A DNA stretch of 21,328 nucleotides, from the NCBI GenBank assembly GCA_043800755.1, contig JAZDMQ010000139.1:1-21328 (forward strand), given 5' to 3'. Both the position numbers and the translations under genes were made by a program. Positions 9,047 through 17,348 of the stretch are shown here, piece after piece (the stretch's first letter is position 1; every line of letters begins with the position of its first letter). A model generated the notes under the pieces. It was not told the DNA's origin. It ran no database searches and saw only the letters and a program-made list of their open reading frames with translations. The DNA comes from a bacterium (GTDB taxonomy: Bacteria; Methylomirabilota; Methylomirabilia; CAVQYV01).

Positions 9047-10336
9047 ATGAGAGTGGTGATGACGAAGGAACCCGGTTTTTCTGAGTGCGTGGAGAGGCTG
9101 CGCCGCCGGGGAGAGATGGGCCAGGGAGAGGTGGAGGATCAGGTGAAGGCCATCCTGGCAGAGGTTCGCCGGAGGGGGGATGTCTCTCTGCTGGAGTTTG
9201 GTGAACGCTTCGACGGCTATCGCCTTGAGGCGTCCCAAATTCGGGTGGAGGAGCGTGAGATCAAGGCGGCCTATGAGGCGATTGATCCTGAGGCCCTCTC
9301 CGCCTTGAGATTGGCCCAAGAGAGGATCACGGCCTTTCACGCCCGGCAAAAGCCCCGCTCCTGGTTCTTCCTGGAAGAGGGGGGGTTTTTGGGCCAGATT
9401 GAGCAGCCCCTGCGGCGGGTAGGAATCTATGTCCCGGGAGGGAAGGCCTCTTATCCCTCCTCCGTATTGATGAATGCCATCCCGGCGAAGGTGGCGGGGG
9501 TAGAAGAGATCGCCATGTGCACCCCGGCCCCCAAGGATCTCTCCCTCTCCCCCTGGATCTTGGTCGCGGCGGATCTGGTGGGGATCCACGAGATCTATCG
9601 GGTGGGAGGTGCCCAGGCCATTGCCGCTTTGGCCTACGGGACGGAGAGCATCCCGGCGGTGGATAAGATCGTGGGGCCGGGCAACATCTACGTGGCGGTC
9701 GCCAAGCGTCTGGTCTTCGGAGAGGTGGGCATCGATATGGTGGCCGGGCCCTCGGAGCTCCTGGTTTACGCCGAGGAGGGGAGCGACCCCACATTGATCG
9801 CCTCCGATCTGCTCTCCCAGGCGGAACACGATGAGATGGCCTATCCCCTGTTGGTGACCCCCTCCTTGAATCTGGCGGAGCGAGTCCGGGAGGAGATCGA
9901 GCTTCAGACAAAGCGACTCTCCCGCTCCGCCATCATCAAAAGCTGCCTGGAGAGAAATGGCTTTGTTCTGGTCTGTACGGACCGGACAGAGGGGATCCGA
10001 CTGATCAATGTCATCGCCCCGGAGCACCTGGAGCTGATGGTTCCAAACCCCTGGGAGATGTTGGGCCTCATCCGATCTGCCGGGGCCATCTTCCTGGGGG
10101 CCTACTCTCCAGAGGCGATCGGGGACTACCTGGCGGGGCCCAACCATGTCTTGCCCACGGGCGGGACCGCCCGGTTCTCCTCGCCCTTGGGGGTTGAGGA
10201 TTTCCTCAAACGCTCCAGCGTCATCTCCCTTTCCTCCGCCCGGGCAAAAGACCTGGCCGGGGCCGCCATGCGGTTGGCCCGGCTGGAGGGACTGGATGGT
10301 CACGCGCGGGCAGTGGAGATGAGGACCAAACCATGA
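9047..10336 (+). CDS. hisD: Histidinol dehydrogenase
   Basis: GIYVPGG, KIVGPGNIYV, DMVAGPSE, LSQAEHD, APEHLEL, GDYLAGPNHVLPT. ATG 9047 has SD-like GGGAAGGGG; the alternative start 9017 overlaps the murA stop. Confidence 0.98.
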   Translation: MRVVMTKEPGFSECVERLRRRGEMGQGEVEDQVKAILAEVRRRGDVSLLEFGERFDGYRLEASQIRVEEREIKAAYEAIDPEALSALRLAQERITAFHARQKPRSWFFLEEGGFLGQIEQPLRRVGIYVPGGKASYPSSVLMNAIPAKVAGVEEIAMCTPAPKDLSLSPWILVAADLVGIHEIYRVGGAQAIAALAYGTESIPAVDKIVGPGNIYVAVAKRLVFGEVGIDMVAGPSELLVYAEEGSDPTLIASDLLSQAEHDEMAYPLLVTPSLNLAERVREEIELQTKRLSRSAIIKSCLERNGFVLVCTDRTEGIRLINVIAPEHLELMVPNPWEMLGLIRSAGAIFLGAYSPEAIGDYLAGPNHVLPTGGTARFSSPLGVEDFLKRSSVISLSSARAKDLAGAAMRLARLEGLDGHARAVEMRTKP

Positions 10337-11415
10337 AACCTATCGATTTTCAATCTCTGATGCGGCCGTCGGTGAGAGAACTGGTTCCCTATGCGGTGGA
10401 GAATATCGCCCACCGGATCAAGATGGACACCAATGAGAATCCCTATCCCTGGCCTCCGGGGTTGCTCCAGGTGGTGATGCAGCGGCTGCAGGAGGTGGAT
10501 CTGAATCGGTACCCCAATCCCTCGGCTGAGGGACTGCGGGAGCTTCTGGCTAAACAGCTAAAGGTCAGTCCCTTCCAGATCATGCTGGGAAATGGCTCGG
10601 ATGAGCTGATTCAGTATATCCTCTTGGCCTTCGGGGGTCCGGAGGTGAAAACCCTCTCACCAACTCCCACCTTTGCCATGTATGAGATTGTGGCCAAGGC
10701 AACGGGATGCCAATTTATCGGGGTCCCCTTGGGGCCCGACCTGGATCTGGATGAAGGGGCACTGAGGGCGGCGATCCAAAGGGAGCAGCCACGCATCCTC
10801 TTTCTGGCCTATCCGAACAACCCCACCGGGAATTGCTTCCGGCGGGAGTCCATAGAGATGCTCCTCTCGGAGTTCGAGGGGATCCTGGTGATCGATGAGG
10901 CCTACTTCGATTTCTCCCAGCAGAGCTTCCTGGATCGACTTCCCCGGCAGGAGAACCTCCTCATCATGCGAACCCTCTCCAAGATCGGGTTGGCTGGACT
11001 GCGAGTAGGGATCCTACTCGGCCAAGAGCCGCTGATTCAACTGATCTCCAAGGTGCGCCTGCCCTATAACCTGAACACCTTCTCACAGATCGCGGCCCAG
11101 GTCGTGCTCACCCATAATGATTTCATCGCCCGCCAACTCAAGATCCTCATTGCAGAGCGGAAGCGCCTTTATCTTTCCCTTCAAGGTCTGCGTGGGATTC
11201 GGTCTTATCCCTCGGAGGCCAACTTCCTCCTTTTTTGGGCCGAGGACTCCGCGAGGGTCTTCGAGGGTCTTTTATCCAGAGGGATACTGGTGCGTGCCTT
11301 CGGTGACTCTGGTCCCTTGAGAGGTCATCTGCGGGTGACGGTGGGAAGGCCGGAGGAGAACGATCAATTCATTGAGGCCCTGGAAGGGCTTTGCGGGAAA
11401 GGGGACCGGGGATGA
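10333..11415 (+). CDS. hisC: Histidinol-phosphate aminotransferase
   Basis: NENPY, RYP, GNGSDELI, PNNPTG, DEAY, RTLSKIGLAGLRVG (PLP lysine), RVTVG; his operon context. Confidence 0.97.
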   Translation: MKPIDFQSLMRPSVRELVPYAVENIAHRIKMDTNENPYPWPPGLLQVVMQRLQEVDLNRYPNPSAEGLRELLAKQLKVSPFQIMLGNGSDELIQYILLAFGGPEVKTLSPTPTFAMYEIVAKATGCQFIGVPLGPDLDLDEGALRAAIQREQPRILFLAYPNNPTGNCFRRESIEMLLSEFEGILVIDEAYFDFSQQSFLDRLPRQENLLIMRTLSKIGLAGLRVGILLGQEPLIQLISKVRLPYNLNTFSQIAAQVVLTHNDFIARQLKILIAERKRLYLSLQGLRGIRSYPSEANFLLFWAEDSARVFEGLLSRGILVRAFGDSGPLRGHLRVTVGRPEENDQFIEALEGLCGKGDRG

Positions 11416-11999
11416 CACGAAAGGCGAGACTGTCGCGGAAGACCAATGAAACCGAGATCCGGGTGGAGCTGAATTTAGATGGAAAGGGAAGCTACCTCAT
11501 CCAGACCCCCCTGCCCTTCATGGATCACATGCTCTCTCTCCTGGCGAAGCACGGGTTCTTCGATCTGAAGGTAGCCGCCAAAGGGGATGTGGAGGTCGAT
11601 GCGCATCATACGGTGGAGGATCTGGGAATTCTCTTGGGAGATGCGTTTCGTCAAGCCCTGGGGGAGAAGAGTGGGATCAGGCGTTACGGGGCCGCCACCA
11701 TTCCCATGGATGAGGCCCTGGCATCCGTATCCCTCGATCTGAGTGGGCGGCCCTATCTTTCCTATCAGGCGCCGGCCCTCAAAGGAAGGATAGGGAACTT
11801 CGAGGTGCGGTTGCTCAAGGAGTTCCTCCGGGCCTTCTCCAATCACCTCCAGGCCACGGTGCATGTCCAGCTGCTCCAGGGCGAGGACCTTCATCACGGG
11901 GCGGAGGCCATCTTCAAGGCCCTGGCCAGAGCCTTGGATGAGGCCTGCATGCAGGAGAAACGCTCCCCAGGCATTCCCTCTACCAAGGGAGAACTCTGA
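11412..11999 (+). CDS. hisB: Imidazoleglycerol-phosphate dehydratase (monofunctional)
   Basis: RKTNET, DHML, DAHHTVED, PMDEAL, HHGAEAIFKA, PSTKG. No N-terminal phosphatase domain. ATG 11412 overlaps the hisC stop (ATGA). Confidence 0.98.
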   Translation: MTRKARLSRKTNETEIRVELNLDGKGSYLIQTPLPFMDHMLSLLAKHGFFDLKVAAKGDVEVDAHHTVEDLGILLGDAFRQALGEKSGIRRYGAATIPMDEALASVSLDLSGRPYLSYQAPALKGRIGNFEVRLLKEFLRAFSNHLQATVHVQLLQGEDLHHGAEAIFKALARALDEACMQEKRSPGIPSTKGEL

Positions 12000-12105
12000 T
12001 CCGCCATCACGGCTTCCTATTCAGACCCTTGAGAATTCGTGGCGAGTGGGAGTCGCCAGCTTGCTGTGGGGGGTACCAGCTTGGGAGGGGGAGTCCTCCA
12101 ACTCC

Positions 12106-12711
12106 ATGATTGCCATCATCAATTCCGGCATTGCCAATGTCCGCTCGGTGCAGAAAGGGTTCGAGCGCGAAGGCTTTCCCGCCCGGATCATTGAGGATCC
12201 GGGCGATCTGGATGGGGCGGGCGGGGCCGTCTTGCCCGGGGTGGGCGCCTTCCGAAGGGGGATGGATTATCTGCGGGAGAAGGGCTTCCTGGAGCCTTTG
12301 CAGCGTTGGATCGAAAGTGGGAAACCGCTTCTGGGCATCTGTCTTGGCTTCCAGCTCCTTTGTGCGGAGAGCGAGGAGTTCGGCCTGCATCGCGGCCTTA
12401 ACATCTTCCCGGGGAGGGTGAGGCGCTTCCCTCCGGGCCTCAAGGTCCCCCACATGGGATGGAATTCGATCCGCCGGGAGAGGAAGATCCCCTTGCTCCA
12501 AGGGATTCCCGATGGCTCCTACTTCTACTTCGTCCATTCCTATTTTCTGGACTCACCCGATCCGGCCGTGGTCGCCGGGACGACCGAGTATGGAATCTCC
12601 TTCCCCTCCGTGATCTGTCGTGACAATGTGTATGCCACCCAGTTTCACCCGGAAAAGAGCCAGAGGTTGGGATTGCGCATCTTGAGCAACTTTGGAGGGC
12701 TGGTCCGATGA
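12106..12711 (+). CDS. hisH: Imidazole glycerol phosphate synthase, glutamine amidotransferase subunit
   Basis: LPGVGAF, LGICLG (catalytic Cys), VPHMGWN, YFVHSY, QFHPEKS. Family similarity begins at ATG 12106 (MIAIIN...). Confidence 0.97.
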   Translation: MIAIINSGIANVRSVQKGFEREGFPARIIEDPGDLDGAGGAVLPGVGAFRRGMDYLREKGFLEPLQRWIESGKPLLGICLGFQLLCAESEEFGLHRGLNIFPGRVRRFPPGLKVPHMGWNSIRRERKIPLLQGIPDGSYFYFVHSYFLDSPDPAVVAGTTEYGISFPSVICRDNVYATQFHPEKSQRLGLRILSNFGGLVR

Positions 12712-13451
12712 TGATCATTCCGGCCATCGATCTGAAAGAGGGCAAGTGCGTGCGACTTCTGCAGGGGGACCCAGAGCAGAAGACGGTCTATTCAGAGGAC
12801 CCGGTGGAGATGGCGCGCCGATGGGAGGGCAAAGGCGCGGAGTTCCTCCATGTCATAGACCTGGATGGGGCTTTTTCCGGGACTCCGATGCACCTGGATC
12901 TGATCGAGAGGATTGCCAAGGCGGTGAGGATTCCCATCCAGGTGGGGGGCGGAATCCGAACCATGGAGAGCATCGTGCGCGTGCTCCAGCAGGGCGCTCA
13001 GAGGGTGATTCTGGGCACCAAGGCGGTGGGCTCTCCCCTTTTCTTGAGCCAGGCATGCCGCCGTTTTGAAGGTCAGATCCTCCTGGGCATCGACGCCCGC
13101 GGGGGGTATGTGGCCATCGAGGGCTGGACCCAACCCACCAACCTCAAGGCGATCGATTTGGCCCGGCAGGCGTCCCACTTCGCCCTGGGTGCCATTATCT
13201 ATACCGATATCTTTCGGGATGGTATGCTGAAAGGCCCGAACCTCGGGGCGCTGGCGGAGATGGCCGAGGCGATCTCGATTCCCCTGATTGCCTCTGGGGG
13301 GATCTCCTCCCTGGATGATGTGCGGGCGATCATGGCCCTGGAGCCGAGGGGGATTGTGGCGATGATTATCGGGAAGGCCCTTTATTCAGGGAAGTTTGAC
13401 CTGGCGGAGGCGGTCGCCTTGACCAGAGAGGGAAGGACGAATGCTCGCTAA
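12708..13451 (+). CDS. hisA: ProFAR isomerase
   Basis: [54 protein letters not shown]. Confidence 0.98.
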   Translation: MMIIPAIDLKEGKCVRLLQGDPEQKTVYSEDPVEMARRWEGKGAEFLHVIDLDGAFSGTPMHLDLIERIAKAVRIPIQVGGGIRTMESIVRVLQQGAQRVILGTKAVGSPLFLSQACRRFEGQILLGIDARGGYVAIEGWTQPTNLKAIDLARQASHFALGAIIYTDIFRDGMLKGPNLGALAEMAEAISIPLIASGGISSLDDVRAIMALEPRGIVAMIIGKALYSGKFDLAEAVALTREGRTNAR

Positions 13452-14205
13452 GAGGATCATTCCCTGCCTGGATGTGAAGGATGGAAGGGTGGTGAAGGGA
13501 ACGAGGTTCCTGCATCTCCGCGATGTGGGAGACCCCCCCGAGGTCGCCGCGGCCTACGATCAGGAGGGGGCGGACGAGCTGGTTTTCCTGGACATTACTG
13601 CCTCCTATGAGGGTCGGAAGACGATGGTGGAGGTGGTGAGGAGGACGGCGGAGATGGCCTTTATGCCCCTGACCGTGGGAGGGGGGATTGCCACGGTGGA
13701 GGATATCCAGGTGATGCTGCAATCGGGGGCGGATAAGGTCTCTCTGAACACGGCGGCGGTCCGAGACCCGGAGCTCCTTCAGCGCTCTGCAGAGATGTTT
13801 GGGAGCCAGTGTATTGTTCTTGCCATCGATGCCAAAAGGAGGTTAGGCGTCCCCCCCTCCTGGGGGGTTTATGTAGAGGGGGGAAGGATCCCCACCTCCC
13901 TGGATGCCCTCTCTTGGGCGAGACAGGGGGAGGAGCTGGGGGCAGGGGAGATCCTCCTCACTAGTATGGACTGCGATGGGACCAAGAACGGATACGATAT
14001 TGAGCTCACGCGGTCCGTGTCCGAGGCAGTGGGCATCCCGGTGATCGCCTCTGGAGGCGCCGGCTCCCTTCAGCATCTTTACGAGGTCTTAGGGGAGGGG
14101 AAGGCCGATGCGGTGCTGGCCGCCTCCATTTTTCACTATGGGATTTTTACCCTCCATGAGGCCAAGTCCTATTTGAAGGAGAGGGGAATCCCGGTCAGGA
14201 TGTGA
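13441..14205 (+). CDS. hisF: Imidazole glycerol phosphate synthase, cyclase subunit
   Basis: [63 protein letters not shown]. Confidence 0.99.
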   Translation: MLAKRIIPCLDVKDGRVVKGTRFLHLRDVGDPPEVAAAYDQEGADELVFLDITASYEGRKTMVEVVRRTAEMAFMPLTVGGGIATVEDIQVMLQSGADKVSLNTAAVRDPELLQRSAEMFGSQCIVLAIDAKRRLGVPPSWGVYVEGGRIPTSLDALSWARQGEELGAGEILLTSMDCDGTKNGYDIELTRSVSEAVGIPVIASGGAGSLQHLYEVLGEGKADAVLAASIFHYGIFTLHEAKSYLKERGIPVRM

Positions 14206-14224
14206 GCGGGGAGGAGGGGAGAGG

Positions 14225-14707
14225 ATGAAGATCGAGGCGATCAAGATCGATATGCCGGAAGGAAGCAATATGATCCTGGGGCAGACCCACTTTATCAAGA
14301 GTCTGGAGGACCTTTATGAGATCCTGGCCACCAGCATGCCCAGATCCCGTTTCGGGGTGGCCTTCTGTGAGGCCTCGGGGCCTTGTCTGATTCGCGTGGA
14401 GGGTAACGATCAAGAGATGAAGGATGCCGCCACTGCCATCGCCCGCGGGGTGGCCAGTGGCCATTTCTTCTCCATTGTCCTGCAGGATGCCTTTCCCATC
14501 AATGTCCTCAATGCGGTGAAGGCCTGCCCTGAGGTCTGTAACATCTTCTGCGCCACCGCCAACCCAGTGGAGGTGGTCGTAGCGGAGACGGAGCAGGGCC
14601 GGGGGGTCATGGGCGTCATCGATGGGTATCCTCCAAAGGGGATCGAGGGGACGGCCGAGGTGGAGGCACGCAAGGAATTCCTGCGCAAGATCGGTTACAA
14701 GCGGTAA
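14225..14707 (+). CDS. DUF355 / 'adenosine-specific kinase' family protein
   Basis: [37 protein letters not shown] (His80), [36 protein letters not shown]. Strong SD GGAGGAGG. Confidence 0.92.
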   Translation: MKIEAIKIDMPEGSNMILGQTHFIKSLEDLYEILATSMPRSRFGVAFCEASGPCLIRVEGNDQEMKDAATAIARGVASGHFFSIVLQDAFPINVLNAVKACPEVCNIFCATANPVEVVVAETEQGRGVMGVIDGYPPKGIEGTAEVEARKEFLRKIGYKR

Positions 14708-14721
14708 AGGAAGGGAAAAAA

Positions 14722-15114
14722 GTGGAGATCTTGAAAGAGGTCAAATTCGATGAGAGAGGCCTGATCCCCGCCATCATTCAGGAGGCGGAGGGGGGTCAGG
14801 TCCTGATGGTGGCTTACATGAACCGGGATGCCTTGGAGCAGACGGCGCACACCGGCCTCACCCATTTCTTCAGCCGCTCCCGAAACAAGATCTGGAAGAA
14901 GGGGGAGGAGTCGGGCCATGTGCAGCGGGTCAAGGAGATCCTTTACGATTGCGATGGGGATGCCCTCCTGGTGAAGGTGAGCCAAGAGGTGGCGGCCTGT
15001 CACACCGGACACCGGTCCTGCTTCTTTCGCCGCTACCTCCCCTCCTCTGACCGGATAGAGGAGGTGGAGCCGGCGGTGTTCAATCCCCGGGAAGTCTATG
15101 GGAAGAAGGAATAA
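14722..15114 (+). CDS. hisI: Phosphoribosyl-AMP cyclohydrolase (monofunctional, no HisE domain)
   Basis: [48 protein letters not shown]. Ends at 130 aa; GTG start. Confidence 0.97.
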   Translation: MEILKEVKFDERGLIPAIIQEAEGGQVLMVAYMNRDALEQTAHTGLTHFFSRSRNKIWKKGEESGHVQRVKEILYDCDGDALLVKVSQEVAACHTGHRSCFFRRYLPSSDRIEEVEPAVFNPREVYGKKE

Positions 15115-15115
15115 G

Positions 15116-15469
15116 ATGGAGCCGCAGCAGAATTGCCCCTTTTGCCGGATTCAGGCCCAGGAAGAAAGATCCCGCTCGGTCTACGAGGATGAATGGGTAG
15201 TGGCCTTCGAGGATATTCACCCCCAGGCACCGCTCCATATCCTGATTATCCCGAAAAGGCATGTGGAGAACCTGCTGGGACTTGAGGAGGAGGATGTTCT
15301 TTTGGCGGGTCGCATGCTGTTGGTGGCCAGTCGGATCGCGCGGGAGCGGGAGGTGGATCGCACCGGGTTTCGGTTGGTGGTCAATTGTAATCGAGACGGG
15401 GGGCAAACGGTGGGGCATCTCCATTTGCACCTGTTGGGGGGCCGAAGGATGAGCTGGCCTCCGGGATAA
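15116..15469 (+). CDS. Histidine triad (HIT/HinT-like) nucleotide-binding hydrolase
   Basis: CPFCRI, AFEDIHPQAPLHILIIPKRH, GGQTVGHLHLHLLGGR, C-terminal WPPG. ATG 15116 is 1 nt after the hisI stop. Confidence 0.95.
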   Translation: MEPQQNCPFCRIQAQEERSRSVYEDEWVVAFEDIHPQAPLHILIIPKRHVENLLGLEEEDVLLAGRMLLVASRIAREREVDRTGFRLVVNCNRDGGQTVGHLHLHLLGGRRMSWPPG

Positions 15470-15475
15470 AAATTA

Positions 15476-15504
15476 TTGACAAAGACGCTGATTGGAGATA
15501 TAAA
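15476..15504 (+). promoter_or_regulatory. Sigma70-type promoter for the rpsU (macromolecular synthesis) operon
   Basis: TTGACA (15476-15481), 17-nt spacer, TATAAA (15499-15504), preceded by AT-rich TAAAAATTA. Same hexamers as the rho promoter. Confidence 0.88.
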
Positions 15505-15575
15505 CGAAAGTTTGAGAAGCATTTTCGGCCGGTGGGCAGGCAGCGCGATTCGAAGGGGGCAAGGGAGGTGGGAGA

Positions 15576-15773
15576 ATGACGAGTGTGGAGGTTAGAGAGG
15601 ACGAGTCCTTTGAGAGCGCATTGCGGAGATTCAAGAAGCAATGTGAAAAGGCGGGAGTCCTCTCTGAGCTGCGCAAGAGGGAGCATTACGAGAAGCCTAG
15701 CGTCCGGAGGAAGAAGAAATCCCTGGCAGCTCGGAAAAAAATGGCGAAGAAGACCCGCATCACCTATGAGTAA
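15576..15773 (+). CDS. rpsU: 30S ribosomal protein S21
   Basis: [12 protein letters not shown]...[31 protein letters not shown]. Confidence 0.98.
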   Translation: MTSVEVREDESFESALRRFKKQCEKAGVLSELRKREHYEKPSVRRKKKSLAARKKMAKKTRITYE

Positions 15774-15776
15774 AGG

Positions 15777-16229
15777 ATGTCCCTTTCCAATCGGTTTCTC
15801 TTAGAGCAGCAACGGGCAATGAAGGACGGAGATGAGCTCCGCCTTTCAGTGTTACGGCTGCTTCGGGCAGCCATCAAGAACCGGGAAGTAGAGAAAGGGA
15901 GGCCGCTGGAGGATTCAGAGGTGATTCAAGTCATCAGTTCCTCCTGTAGACAGAGAAGGGAAGCCATCGCCCAATACCGCCAGGGAGGCAGGGAGGATCT
16001 GGCGAGCAAGGAAAAGGCTGAGTTGAGGATACTGGAGGAATTCTTGCCCCCACCATTATCTGAGGAAGAACTTCAGGCCAAGATTCAGGAGGCGATTGCG
16101 ACGAGATGGGCAGCTTCGATAAGAGATATGGGCAAGGTCATGGCCCATTTGATGCCTCAGATTTCTGGAAGGATTGACGGCAAGGTTGCCAGCGAGAAGG
16201 TTAAAGAGGTACTGGCCAAAGGACATTAA
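15777..16229 (+). CDS. yqeY: GatB/YqeY domain protein
   Basis: AMKDGDELRLSVLRLL..AIKN, QRREAIAQYRQGGREDL, EEFLP, DMGKVM, GRIDGK; typical position after rpsU. Confidence 0.93.
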   Translation: MSLSNRFLLEQQRAMKDGDELRLSVLRLLRAAIKNREVEKGRPLEDSEVIQVISSSCRQRREAIAQYRQGGREDLASKEKAELRILEEFLPPPLSEEELQAKIQEAIATRWAASIRDMGKVMAHLMPQISGRIDGKVASEKVKEVLAKGH

Positions 16230-16290
16230 GGGAAAAAGGGGAAGAGACGAGGAGAGGAAACCTTCCTCCCGAAGGGATGGAGTGTTCTGC

Positions 16291-16332
16291 AAAAGGGCAA
16301 GGGGCCTTCAATCAGGCTTCTTGCCCTTTTTT
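16291..16332 (+). terminator. Intrinsic terminator/attenuator between yqeY and the NIF3-like gene
   Basis: AAAAGGGCAAGGGGCCT, loop TCAATC, AGGCTTCTTGCCCTTTTTT: a 13-bp GC-rich stem (2 G-U) followed by T6 and preceded by A4. Confidence 0.8.
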
Positions 16333-16376
16333 CCCTCGGGGAGAAAGTCCCTCTCAGGATCAAAGGAGGTTTTTCG

Positions 16377-17348
16377 GTGAAGATCGGAGAGATCTACCAA
16401 AAGGCAATTGCCCTGGGGATGAAGAATGATCCCCGCTCCGAGGAGGGGGCCCTCCAAGTGCTGGAGAGGGCCAAAAAGGAATATGAGGAGCTGAAGGAAG
16501 ACCAGAGGTGGGAGTTCGATCAAGACCGGCTGGAGAACCCGTATGCCGACAGCCGCCTGCTCTATGGCTCGAAGGAGAGAGAGGCGAAGAGGCTGCTGGC
16601 CGGCATCGACATGGAGGTGGGGGAGGTGCTCCTGGCCGATCGGTTGGGGGACCGGGGGAAGAAGATCGACCTCATCCTGTCCCACCATCCTGAGGGCCGG
16701 GCCCTGGCCGGCTTCTATGAGGTGATGGAGATGCAGGCGGATATCCTTCACAAATATGGGGTTCCCATTGCCGTTGCGGAGGGGATCCTCGAGGGACGCA
16801 TCAAGGAGGTGCAGCGCAAGGTCATGCCGGCCAATCATACCCGGGCCGTGGATGTTGCCGCCCTCCTGGATATTCCATTTCTCTGCATCCATACCCCGGC
16901 AGACAATATGGTGACCACCTATCTCCAGAGAAAGATAGATGAGGAGAGACCGTTCCTGGTGAAGGAGGTGCTGGAGATATTGAGGCGGATCCCCGAATAC
17001 CAGGAGGGGATTGCCAACCACAACGGGCCGAATCTCGTGCTCGGCTCCGAGAAGCGGAAGACGGGCAAGGTATTTGTGGATATGACCGGAGGGACCGGGG
17101 GCTCCAAGGAGGCCTTTGAGAAGATCGCCCGCACCGAGGTAGGGACGATTGTAGGAATGCACATCGGGGAGGAGCACCGGGCCGAGGCGGAAAAGAACCA
17201 TCTCAATGTGATCATCGCTGGCCATATCCCCAGCGACTCCCTGGGCCTAAACCTCCTCCTGGACGAGTTGGAGAAAGGAGGGCCGCTGGAGATCATCCCC
17301 TGTTCCGGTTTCAGGAGGATCTCCCGCGGAGGATCCAGTCAGGCATGA
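16377..17348 (+). CDS. NIF3/NGG1p-interacting-factor-like dinuclear metal-centre protein (long variant)
   Basis: NPYADS, GIDM, ILSHHPEG, CIHTPADN, GMH, NVIIAGHIPSDSLG metal-ligand pattern. SD AAAGGAGGT, GTG start. Confidence 0.85.
   Translation: MKIGEIYQKAIALGMKNDPRSEEGALQVLERAKKEYEELKEDQRWEFDQDRLENPYADSRLLYGSKEREAKRLLAGIDMEVGEVLLADRLGDRGKKIDLILSHHPEGRALAGFYEVMEMQADILHKYGVPIAVAEGILEGRIKEVQRKVMPANHTRAVDVAALLDIPFLCIHTPADNMVTTYLQRKIDEERPFLVKEVLEILRRIPEYQEGIANHNGPNLVLGSEKRKTGKVFVDMTGGTGGSKEAFEKIARTEVGTIVGMHIGEEHRAEAEKNHLNVIIAGHIPSDSLGLNLLLDELEKGGPLEIIPCSGFRRISRGGSSQA

Noticed and set aside
11863-12105. 81-aa N-terminal extension of HisH in the ORF track
   Set aside because: It overlaps hisB out of frame and has no family similarity; the HisH pattern starts at ATG 12106.
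16247-16290. c-di-GMP-type or other riboswitch aptamer before the terminator
   Set aside because: Only two small overlapping hairpins; the conserved aptamer nucleotides are not recognisable.
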